In this document: positions 1 through 8,364 of the stretch, one piece after another
How the letters are laid out: each line of letters starts with the position of its first letter
How positions within the stretch are numbered: position 1 is the stretch's first letter
Source of the DNA: an uncultured Methanolobus sp.
Lineage (GTDB): Archaea; Halobacteriota; Methanosarcinia; Methanosarcinales; Methanosarcinaceae
Assembly: GCA_963675495.1 (NCBI GenBank)
Contig: OY776215.1
Coordinates: 672,001 to 736,000 of the forward strand
Length of the DNA: 64,000 nucleotides
Direction of reading: 5' to 3'
Program-made: the position numbers and the translations under genes
Notes under the pieces: generated by a model
What the model was told of the DNA's origin: nothing
Seen by the model: only the letters and a program-made list of their open reading frames with translations
Database searches by the model: none

Positions 1-1
1 A

Positions 2-628
2 GACGATGTTCTGGCAAATAAAATATCTGAAGAGCTAAATACATTCCCTGATGAAAGCATTGCAGGTGAAATAAAACATGCTTTTAAAACATATCTGCGA
101 TCAGCTCTCTATCACAGACCATGGTTTGGTCTTTTTTCCCTGCCTGTTGGTTCATTGGTTGAAAAAAAAGTAGACATCATGAATAAATATTCCTTCAAGA
201 TACAAAAAATCAGGAAAACTGATCTTGCTGTTATTTGTAGGAAAATTAAGGTTTTTCCATCCAATGTTGAAAAACAACGCGGTAATTCTTCTTTGTACTT
301 AGAATCCATCAATTCCTTTGAGTCAAATGTTGTCACCGAAACAGATGATACTTATTGTAATTGCTTCTTGTTTCCTATTATAACACAAAATAAAAGATCA
401 AGGGACGAAATGGCTATTGCTCTTACAAAAAAAGGGATAGATACAACACAACTTTTCAGTAATGTTCCTTCTATAGCCAAAGAGAGCTATGGTTACCTAG
501 GTGACTGTCCAAATACCGAATATTTGTGTGACAGGATTCTGACCATACCTAATCATTATGTACTTAAACAAAAAGATTTGAAACATATAATTGCTTGCGT
601 CAATCATTCTTGTGATAGGAGTTTATAG
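2..628 (+). CDS. DegT/DnrJ/EryC1/StrS-family sugar aminotransferase, C-terminal part (gene begins before the window)
   Basis: Frame is open from base 2. C-terminal pattern RDEMAIALTKKGID...CPNTEYLCDRILTIPNH is typical of the DegT family. Confidence 0.7.
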   Translation, partial: DDVLANKISEELNTFPDESIAGEIKHAFKTYLRSALYHRPWFGLFSLPVGSLVEKKVDIMNKYSFKIQKIRKTDLAVICRKIKVFPSNVEKQRGNSSLYLESINSFESNVVTETDDTYCNCFLFPIITQNKRSRDEMAIALTKKGIDTTQLFSNVPSIAKESYGYLGDCPNTEYLCDRILTIPNHYVLKQKDLKHIIACVNHSCDRSL

Positions 629-629
629 C

Positions 630-1649
630 TTGCCTGAAATTGTCATTACTAACAATGTAAAAAATAAAGAATTTGATGAGTTTTTATACAATAATCCATA
701 TGCCAGCATATTCCAGACAAGAGAAATGGCTGAGGTCTACAGTAAAAATCCAGCTGCGCAACCATTTATGTTGACAGCTGTAAATAAAGATACGGACGAG
801 ATTGTTGCTTCCCTTTTAGCAAAGATACTGGATGAGAAAAAAGGGTTTATGAGCAGCTTTTCTCGTCACTCGACTATAAGAGGCGGGCCTATTTTTGATA
901 GTGAACAGGGAATAACTGCCATACCATTACTTTTTAAACAATACAATGAAATTGCCAATAAAAAAAATGTCATGTACAGCAGGATCTATCCTTTGGAAAA
1001 TACTATCGATGCTTTTTCCGTGTACGAAAAATGTGATTACGAATGTGAAACATGGAATAATTTCATTATCGATTTAGATAAAACAAAAAAAGAATTATGG
1101 AGTTCAATTAGCAAAAGTAAAAGAAGATGTGTAAATAAAGCAAAGAGTAATGGTTTAATTTTTAGAGAACTGGAAAGCAGAGAGGAAGTCAAAATTTTTT
1201 ATGAACTGGTAAAGCAGCGATATTCAATCAGAAACAATCCTCTTGAGGACATAAGTAATTTTGAGGCAGTTTACGATATACTTGTTCCTAAAAAGATGGC
1301 TAAATTCTTTTTTGTAGAATACGACGGTAAATGTATCGGTACACGCCTTGTTCTCTTGTACAAAAATAACATCTATGCCTGGTATAATGGCTCTGATTCT
1401 GAGTATTTCAATTATTACCCAAATGATTTCGCAGTATGGTCAGTTCTTGAATGGGGCCTGGAAAATGGTTTCACGTCATTCGATTTTGGTGGTGGCGGAA
1501 AAGATGAAGATACATCAGCTGGGTGGGTTCAATTTAAAAGACTCTTTGGAGGAAATATGGTTAATTACGGAAGATACACCTATATTCACAAGCCATTGAA
1601 GCTTCAATTTGCAAAAAGTGTGTTCAGTGTTTACAAGAAATTTTTATAA
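630..1649 (+). CDS. FemAB/FemX-like GNAT (putative tRNA-dependent aminoacyl transferase)
   Basis: Motifs SIFQT, IRGGPI, IDL..LW..ISKSKRRCVNKA, YAWYNGS, FDFGGGG, FKRLFGG. TTG at 630 follows GGAG; the ORF track starts at 591. Confidence 0.8.
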   Translation: MPEIVITNNVKNKEFDEFLYNNPYASIFQTREMAEVYSKNPAAQPFMLTAVNKDTDEIVASLLAKILDEKKGFMSSFSRHSTIRGGPIFDSEQGITAIPLLFKQYNEIANKKNVMYSRIYPLENTIDAFSVYEKCDYECETWNNFIIDLDKTKKELWSSISKSKRRCVNKAKSNGLIFRELESREEVKIFYELVKQRYSIRNNPLEDISNFEAVYDILVPKKMAKFFFVEYDGKCIGTRLVLLYKNNIYAWYNGSDSEYFNYYPNDFAVWSVLEWGLENGFTSFDFGGGGKDEDTSAGWVQFKRLFGGNMVNYGRYTYIHKPLKLQFAKSVFSVYKKFL

Positions 1650-1682
1650 TATACGCTTATATAGATATCAGGAGTTGCCTTC

Positions 1683-2759
1683 ATGAGAATTATGATAGGA
1701 GTTGCCCATCCAAAGCACGTTCATTTTAGAAAAAATCTCATCAAGAATTTGCTCTTGAATGGACATGAAGTAAAAGTAGTTGCAAGAGAAAAGGACATTA
1801 CATTCCAGTTATTAAACTCTTATGGAATTAAATATGAATCTATAGGGCCCCACTATAAAAACTTCTATAAGAAAATATATGGCGTATATGAAGCAGACAG
1901 TTTAACTTATAAAATTGCTCGAAGGTTTAATCCGGACCTGATAATAGGAGGAAGCCCATATTTAGCACATGTAGGTAAACTATTGAAAATACCTCATATT
2001 GGTTTTTCAGATACTGAAAACACTCCTTTTAATAATTATATATTGCATTCCTGCTCAAAACTTGTTTGCACACCATTTTCATTTAAAAATTCATTGGGGT
2101 CAAAAAGACACATTTATTATAATGGGTTTGAGGAATTAGCATATTTACATCCTACTGACTTTAAGCCGGATGAATCGGTATTTGAGTCTCTTGACATCAA
2201 CTCTGATGAAAAATATATTGTTGTACGATTTGTGGAATGGGATGCAACTCATGACAAAGGCTCAAAAGGTTTCACTGATAAATTGAGTATCGTCAGGGAG
2301 CTGGAGAAATATGGGCGGGTTTTCATAACATCAGAAAAAGAACTCCCCCCAAGTCTTGAAAAAAATCGGATAAGTGTCCCACCTGAAAAAATCCATGATT
2401 TCATGTATTATGCAAATCTCTTCATTGGTGAAAGTTCTTCCATGGCATGTGAAAGTGCTGTCCTTGGTACTCCCTCCATCTACTTATCTACAAGCAGAAG
2501 GGGTTACATTGATGAAATGGAATCATCGTACGGCCTTGTTTATAATTATTCTGATCCGGAGACAGGCCAATCAGATGCTTTCAAAAAAGCCATAGAGATC
2601 CTGGAAGACAGTAATAGCAAACTGAAATGGCAACAAAAGCGTGAAAGAATGCTCAATGATAAGATAGATGTCACAAAATTCATTACTGAACTTGTAGATG
2701 GCTATCCAGATAGCATAAAAACCTTGAAGAACAAAGAGGGTATCATCTATAAAGGTTAA
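1683..2759 (+). CDS. DUF354 family GT-B-fold protein
   Basis: HPKHVHF N-terminus, YNGFEELAYLHP, ATHD, GESSSMACESAVLGTP. Confidence 0.8.
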   Translation: MRIMIGVAHPKHVHFRKNLIKNLLLNGHEVKVVAREKDITFQLLNSYGIKYESIGPHYKNFYKKIYGVYEADSLTYKIARRFNPDLIIGGSPYLAHVGKLLKIPHIGFSDTENTPFNNYILHSCSKLVCTPFSFKNSLGSKRHIYYNGFEELAYLHPTDFKPDESVFESLDINSDEKYIVVRFVEWDATHDKGSKGFTDKLSIVRELEKYGRVFITSEKELPPSLEKNRISVPPEKIHDFMYYANLFIGESSSMACESAVLGTPSIYLSTSRRGYIDEMESSYGLVYNYSDPETGQSDAFKKAIEILEDSNSKLKWQQKRERMLNDKIDVTKFITELVDGYPDSIKTLKNKEGIIYKG

Positions 2760-2789
2760 GGTTAAAGATCCTTACTACTGGAAGATACT

Positions 2790-3482
2790 ATGAAAATTGC
2801 TATTCATCAACCTAATTATCTGCCTTATCTTGGTTTTTTTGACAAAATGAACAAAGCAGATGTATTTGTAATATATGATGATGCCCAATTCAATAAAGAG
2901 GATTTCCAGCATCGAAATAAGATACGCATTTTCAATGGTTGGAAATGGTTGACTGTACCTGTAGAGAAGAAAAGGATACCTATCAGGGAAATCAAGATAC
3001 GTAATAGTCTCCTCACAAAAGGTCAGATGTGGAATGATGTGCATCTGTCAATGCTGAAAGAAAACTACATAAACTCCCGGGAATTTCAGAATTACGAATC
3101 TGGAATCGAAGCTATATACATGTCTGATTACGAATATCTATTTGATCTAAATATGTCTTTGATCGACTTTTTAATGAAATCATTTGGTCTAAAAACCAAA
3201 ATTGTTTTTTCCAGTGAATTTGATTTCAAGACAAAGTCAACTGAAAGATTAGTAGACATTGTTGATTGTTTGGATGGTGATGTTTACATATCAGGCCCAT
3301 GCGGCAAGAATTACTTAGACACTTCTTTGTTTGAAACTAAGGATATATCTGTAGAATATCAAGACTTTAGACATCCGGTCTATGAGCAATGTTATGAAAG
3401 CTTTGAACCAAATATGGCTTCCATTGACGCTCTATTTAGTATTGGGAGAAAGACATTTAATATGAGGGATTGGAATGGTTAA
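2790..3482 (+). CDS. WbqC-family protein
   Basis: AIHQPNYLPYLGFFDKM..AD.FV.YDD.QF...QHRN..., WLTVPV, YISGPCG.NYL, SIDALF. Confidence 0.88.
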   Translation: MKIAIHQPNYLPYLGFFDKMNKADVFVIYDDAQFNKEDFQHRNKIRIFNGWKWLTVPVEKKRIPIREIKIRNSLLTKGQMWNDVHLSMLKENYINSREFQNYESGIEAIYMSDYEYLFDLNMSLIDFLMKSFGLKTKIVFSSEFDFKTKSTERLVDIVDCLDGDVYISGPCGKNYLDTSLFETKDISVEYQDFRHPVYEQCYESFEPNMASIDALFSIGRKTFNMRDWNG

Positions 3483-4089
3483 AAGAACAATTTTGGCAGT
3501 CGGTGCTCATCCAGATGATATTGAGATAGGATGTGGCGGGACAATAAAAAAGCATATCCTGAAGGGTGATGATGTATACTATTTGATTGCTACAAAGGGA
3601 GAAAAAGGCGGGGATCCTAAGGAGAGGGTGGAAGAAGCCAGAAAAGCTGCACACATGATGGGTGTGAAAATGGTTGATTTTTTAGACCTGAAAGATACAT
3701 TTGTGTCCCACAACGGGATTACTGTGTCAATGATCGATGAAGTAGTCAAAAAATATGTTCCTTCTATAATCTATGTTCATTCGCTTAAGGATTATCATCA
3801 GGATCACCGCAACATTGCTCTGGCAGTCCTTTCAGCATCCCGCAAGATGGAAAACAGCATTATGTGCTATGAAGCTCCATCCACAACTCTTAAATTCGTC
3901 CCAAATGCATTCAGCGATATAAGTGAAACCTTTGAGACAAAGGTTTCCTGTGTGAAAGAGTTCTTTTCTCAGGAAGAACGAAATTATGTAGAACGTGAGG
4001 CAATTATCGATCTTTGCAAGTTTAGGGGCAAAACGATTAATGTGGAATATGCTGAAGCATTTGAAGTGGTAAGATTACTGGAATGGTAG
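3475..4089 (+). CDS. PIG-L/LmbE-family N-acetyl-sugar deacetylase
   Basis: AHPDDIEIGCGG, ER..EA, HQDH, YAEAF motifs. Confidence 0.9.
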   Translation: MVKRTILAVGAHPDDIEIGCGGTIKKHILKGDDVYYLIATKGEKGGDPKERVEEARKAAHMMGVKMVDFLDLKDTFVSHNGITVSMIDEVVKKYVPSIIYVHSLKDYHQDHRNIALAVLSASRKMENSIMCYEAPSTTLKFVPNAFSDISETFETKVSCVKEFFSQEERNYVEREAIIDLCKFRGKTINVEYAEAFEVVRLLEW

Positions 4090-4235
4090 TTTTCTGTGTA
4101 TAGCCCTTCCTTAAAAAACATTAATATATACCTTGTTTGCTTATAAGGAGTTGAAAATTGAAATATACAATTTTAAACGATGAATTATATTCCTTTTTTA
4201 GAGCAAACAATGAAACTTGACTGGGGAACTTTAAA

Positions 4236-5780
4236 ATGAAGATATCAATTAGGACAATGGTGGAATTGTTTATTCCTTTGTTTTTATTGAACATTATTTT
4301 GCGTAATCAAGTTGTTTCCAATGAGATAGGAGTAGATTCATTTTTAATGCATGCAATGGCTAACTCCATTACAGAATATGGTTCAGCCAAATGGACATTG
4401 GACCCTCTATCTTATTTTGGGCTTTATCCAGCTTCATACACAAGCGCTATGCAGTTTCTGGTATCAGGTTTTTCCCAGTTGTCGGGTCTGGAAATGAGAT
4501 GGACTATCTTTTTATATTGTTTAATAATTGGTTTAATCAGTATGTTTGCTTCTTATCTTATGGCCAGTGAGATTTTTGATGATGATCTTTATAAGATATT
4601 AACAGCATTCGCACTTCCACTTTCACCAGGAGTTCTGGGCTACAGTACCTGGACCATTCCAACAAGAGGACTCTTTGTCATGCTGGCACCTTTATTTATC
4701 TTTTTGCTTTTAAGATGTAGAAAATCTTTGAAATTTGTTCCTTTAACTTTGATTTTTGGGTTCTTGCTTTTTACTGTTCATCACCTATTTTATTTCTTGC
4801 TCCCTGTCATTGGTGCTTTTTTTATCCTCTATTGTACATTTCTACTCAAGGACAAACTGAGGATTAGTGACCAACCTATCATACAAAAATATTTGCCGTT
4901 TTTTATTATTATGGGTTTTGGATTTATGTTCTCTATTCCATTTTTTACTGGAAAGTTCATAGAACAAACCCGGTATGCACCCGTCTATATAAATTATATC
5001 AGGTATGTTGGGCTTCTCTTCATTCCAGCTATAGGTGGATTCTTGTACCTCGTGTTTAAAAGAAATAAAGAGTTTGGAGAATGGTTCTTAATATTGTCCC
5101 TGATGTTTTTAACGGTGTTTGTATATGAACAAACATATATGAAATGGTTCATACCAATCTTTGCAATTCCTTTTGCAAGTATGGGTTTGTTTAATATTAT
5201 AAAAGATTCAAAAAATAAAATAGTAGCAACTAAAGTGTTTATGCTGTTTATAATAGGTTCTATTATATTTTCGGGTTACTACCAGTACATAAATATTTAT
5301 GAAGAAGATGCTTATAGTGAAAGATATCTGGAAAAATCGGTTTTTGAAACTGGCCTGTGGGTTCAAAATCATATAACTGAGACTGCTACAACAAATGATA
5401 TTCAGTTCGGAAGGCGTATAGCTTCAGTGGCTGATACATCCCACATACTAACAGATTCAACCATTCTCAATGAAGTTTACGGATTTTATAATGTAAACAT
5501 TTCTAACTTTGAGCGTCATCCGATCACATCAGAAGACTTTTGGTTTAGTGGTTACAAAGGTAAGGACTATGGACTTATTAAATGGGAACGCGTTCAAAAA
5601 GGAACGGATGATGATACCAGCGTAAAATTTTTCGTTGAAAATACCAGAGCAAATGGTAACATTATTTGGAACCATAAAATAGTTCCCTCCCCACTATTGA
5701 AAGATGCTCGTTCTCAGAACAAAATATATGATAATGAGATATCAAACATATGGACTTTGAATTGGGATGATGAAACCTAA
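4236..5780 (+). CDS. Polytopic membrane protein, GT-C-like glycosyltransferase or polymerase candidate
   Basis: About 10-11 hydrophobic segments, N-terminal loop G.DSF.MH...YP, soluble C-terminal domain, located in a glycan locus. Confidence 0.55.
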   Translation: MKISIRTMVELFIPLFLLNIILRNQVVSNEIGVDSFLMHAMANSITEYGSAKWTLDPLSYFGLYPASYTSAMQFLVSGFSQLSGLEMRWTIFLYCLIIGLISMFASYLMASEIFDDDLYKILTAFALPLSPGVLGYSTWTIPTRGLFVMLAPLFIFLLLRCRKSLKFVPLTLIFGFLLFTVHHLFYFLLPVIGAFFILYCTFLLKDKLRISDQPIIQKYLPFFIIMGFGFMFSIPFFTGKFIEQTRYAPVYINYIRYVGLLFIPAIGGFLYLVFKRNKEFGEWFLILSLMFLTVFVYEQTYMKWFIPIFAIPFASMGLFNIIKDSKNKIVATKVFMLFIIGSIIFSGYYQYINIYEEDAYSERYLEKSVFETGLWVQNHITETATTNDIQFGRRIASVADTSHILTDSTILNEVYGFYNVNISNFERHPITSEDFWFSGYKGKDYGLIKWERVQKGTDDDTSVKFFVENTRANGNIIWNHKIVPSPLLKDARSQNKIYDNEISNIWTLNWDDET

Positions 5781-5989
5781 GTTCGAAAACTCCAAGATAT
5801 GACAATCGATACCTATATACATATACCTTCGTAACTGATTCCTCTAAAATGTCGTGCTATTTTTCAATCAACTTTGTGTTAGCCAAAGTAAAAAAAGGAC
5901 AGAAATAATTAGTTTTCAATAATAAAAATTTCCCGGAAAACATGCATTCCATTAAGAAAAAAATAGGAATATTCTGTTAATCGATTAAT

Positions 5990-6871
5990 TCAATTTCGAC
6001 CTATTTTCTTATGGAAAAGTTTTTTCCATTTATTCCAATTGTAATCCTTAATTTCATTATCATCTATTTTTTGTCTCAAAACAAACGTATTATAACAATA
6101 TCCAGACAAATATGCAATTCCTATATAGTGAGGATATTTTTTTGATCTCACTACTGACTTCAAAATCACATGAATTGGATGTAAATTCAAAAAGCTCTGC
6201 CCCATTCCTGTTTTAAAATATCCTGCCCAGTATCCTGCAATAGCATTCACCTCTCTGGAATCAACTGATCGTATGTTATCAAATTTTTTAGTCTCCCATC
6301 CACGGATTCTTGCTTTTGTCTTAATTGCACTGTCCCATGAATACGTTAATGGCAGGGATGAACCACAATCCACAAGACACTCTTTTCTCACAAGCATATT
6401 TCCACCAGATGGTTCACTTTCTTTTGTTTTGTAATGATGAATTGCTCCGTCTTTATGGTACCATGTACCACCACTTGAAATCCCAAGGGTATCTTGTTTA
6501 TGAAATTCTTTAATTAATGATTCATAGTAGTCTTCAACTACAGAAACATCACCATCTACATTTCCCCAAAAAGAGAAATCCAGATCATTTTTATCACAGA
6601 GGTCCAATAAAGTTGACATGCCCATATTTACCACATCTGACAGATGAAAGCCCAGATCATACTCTCCTTCTTCCAGCCTGAGCGTTTCTATAAAACTGTA
6701 ATCCTCCATAGCTTTACTTATTATGTCAGGGGTGGAATCTGTACTTCCGTCATCGATTATAAGCCATATCATAGGAAGAATTGTTTGATTTCCAATTGAC
6801 TCGATTAGAAGAGGGAGGTTTTCTTCTTCGTTTTTTACTGGTGTTTGTATTATATAGCCTCTTTTTTTCAC
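5990..6871 (-). CDS. Glycosyltransferase family 2
   Basis: IQTPVKNEEENLP, IIDDGSTDST, DGD motif, WD. GTG at 6871 chosen because the ORF-track start (6919) overlaps the divergent gene. Confidence 0.88.
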   Translation of the reverse strand: MKKRGYIIQTPVKNEEENLPLLIESIGNQTILPMIWLIIDDGSTDSTPDIISKAMEDYSFIETLRLEEGEYDLGFHLSDVVNMGMSTLLDLCDKNDLDFSFWGNVDGDVSVVEDYYESLIKEFHKQDTLGISSGGTWYHKDGAIHHYKTKESEPSGGNMLVRKECLVDCGSSLPLTYSWDSAIKTKARIRGWETKKFDNIRSVDSREVNAIAGYWAGYFKTGMGQSFLNLHPIHVILKSVVRSKKYPHYIGIAYLSGYCYNTFVLRQKIDDNEIKDYNWNKWKKLFHKKIGRN

Positions 6872-6907
6872 AAAAACTAATATACGATTATACTTATAAT
6901 ATTTTCG

Positions 6908-8014
6908 ATGATACCGCACAACAGACCTAACATAGGAGAGGAGGAAAAAAATGCTGTTATGGACTGTTTACAAAAAAATATTTTAACTAGCGGGGAAATT
7001 GTTGCTAAATTCGAGGATGAATTCTCCAGATATATTGGCATGAATTCAACTGCTACCAGTTCAGGAACACATTCATTGCATCTTGCTCTTCTTGCCCTTG
7101 GCATAAACAATGGCGATGAAGTGATACTTCCGACATTCACATGCCCTACGGTTGCTCTACCAATTCTTTATCAAAATGCTAAACCTAATTTTTGCGATAT
7201 AGACAAAGATTTTAATCTCTCAGTTGACTACTTAAAAAAAACATGCACGGATAATACAAAAGCCATTATCGTACCACATATGTTTGGTTATCCGGCAAAA
7301 ATAAAAGAAATAAAAGAATTCTGCGAAGAACGCAGTATTTTTCTGATAGAAGACTGTGCTCAATCAATTGGTTCCGAATATGACCATAAAAAAGTAGGTA
7401 CTTTCGGAGATGTGTCCTGTTTTAGTTTTTATGCCACTAAAGTGATATCATCGATAAAAGGTGGTATGGTATGTACAAAGAACAATGAAATATTGGACAA
7501 TTTGAATCAGGTAATATTTTCAGACGACCCTTCAGCAGACAAATTAAGCACGCTCAAGGAAGATGATTTGAATATTGATTGTAAATCTAAACCAATGTAT
7601 AATTATCATATGTCTGATGTGGAAGCTGCTGTTGGGAGAGTACAACTGAATAAGATAGATTCAATTATATCAGATCGACGAAAGATAGCAAAAAACTACA
7701 TAAATGGACTTGAAAATTGTGACTTACCTCTCGAAGATGATATAAGACGGCATATTTACATGCGTTTTGTTATTGAAACAAAAAAAAATAATCAGGATCT
7801 AGTTAAAGATTTAAATAGAAGACAGATATCGTCTACAATTATTCATGCACCTCTTTTACACCAAAGAAATTTATTTAGACCTTATGCACAAGATCAGATT
7901 TTTCCCATGGCAGAATCAAAAATAAAAAGAATGCTATCTATTCCTATTTTCCCTTCTATGAGTAATGAACAATTAGAGTACGTCATAAATAATATAAATT
8001 ATTGCCTGAAGTAA
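6908..8014 (+). CDS. DegT/DnrJ/EryC1/StrS aminotransferase
   Basis: SSGTHSLHLAL, HMFGYPA, IEDCAQSIG, FSFYATK (PLP lysine), GGMV, LSIPIFP. Confidence 0.92.
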   Translation: MIPHNRPNIGEEEKNAVMDCLQKNILTSGEIVAKFEDEFSRYIGMNSTATSSGTHSLHLALLALGINNGDEVILPTFTCPTVALPILYQNAKPNFCDIDKDFNLSVDYLKKTCTDNTKAIIVPHMFGYPAKIKEIKEFCEERSIFLIEDCAQSIGSEYDHKKVGTFGDVSCFSFYATKVISSIKGGMVCTKNNEILDNLNQVIFSDDPSADKLSTLKEDDLNIDCKSKPMYNYHMSDVEAAVGRVQLNKIDSIISDRRKIAKNYINGLENCDLPLEDDIRRHIYMRFVIETKKNNQDLVKDLNRRQISSTIIHAPLLHQRNLFRPYAQDQIFPMAESKIKRMLSIPIFPSMSNEQLEYVINNINYCLK

Positions 8015-8364
8015 TAAGCTGTTTATCTTTGAAAGGATTTAATACATTCAAAATATAAAATAAAAAAATATATTTATCAGTATCCATTAGCTTATTCCAC
8101 AAACTGTTAAAAAATACTTACATTTAAATATTTATTATAGAATATTTATTAATTGATATATATTTAGATACATTTATGTATTTTGAAGAATTTAAGACAT
8201 TAGAGATTACAACATTGTAAAATAAAAAACAAAAACGACTCTGAACAATTTCTGAACTGGACATCATATTCACCAACAAATGCTCAGGTGTAACCATACC
8301 CCACCACCTGATGTCCATGTGTTATTCAGACATGTACACATAAGAACTGCTTATATTTCAATTT

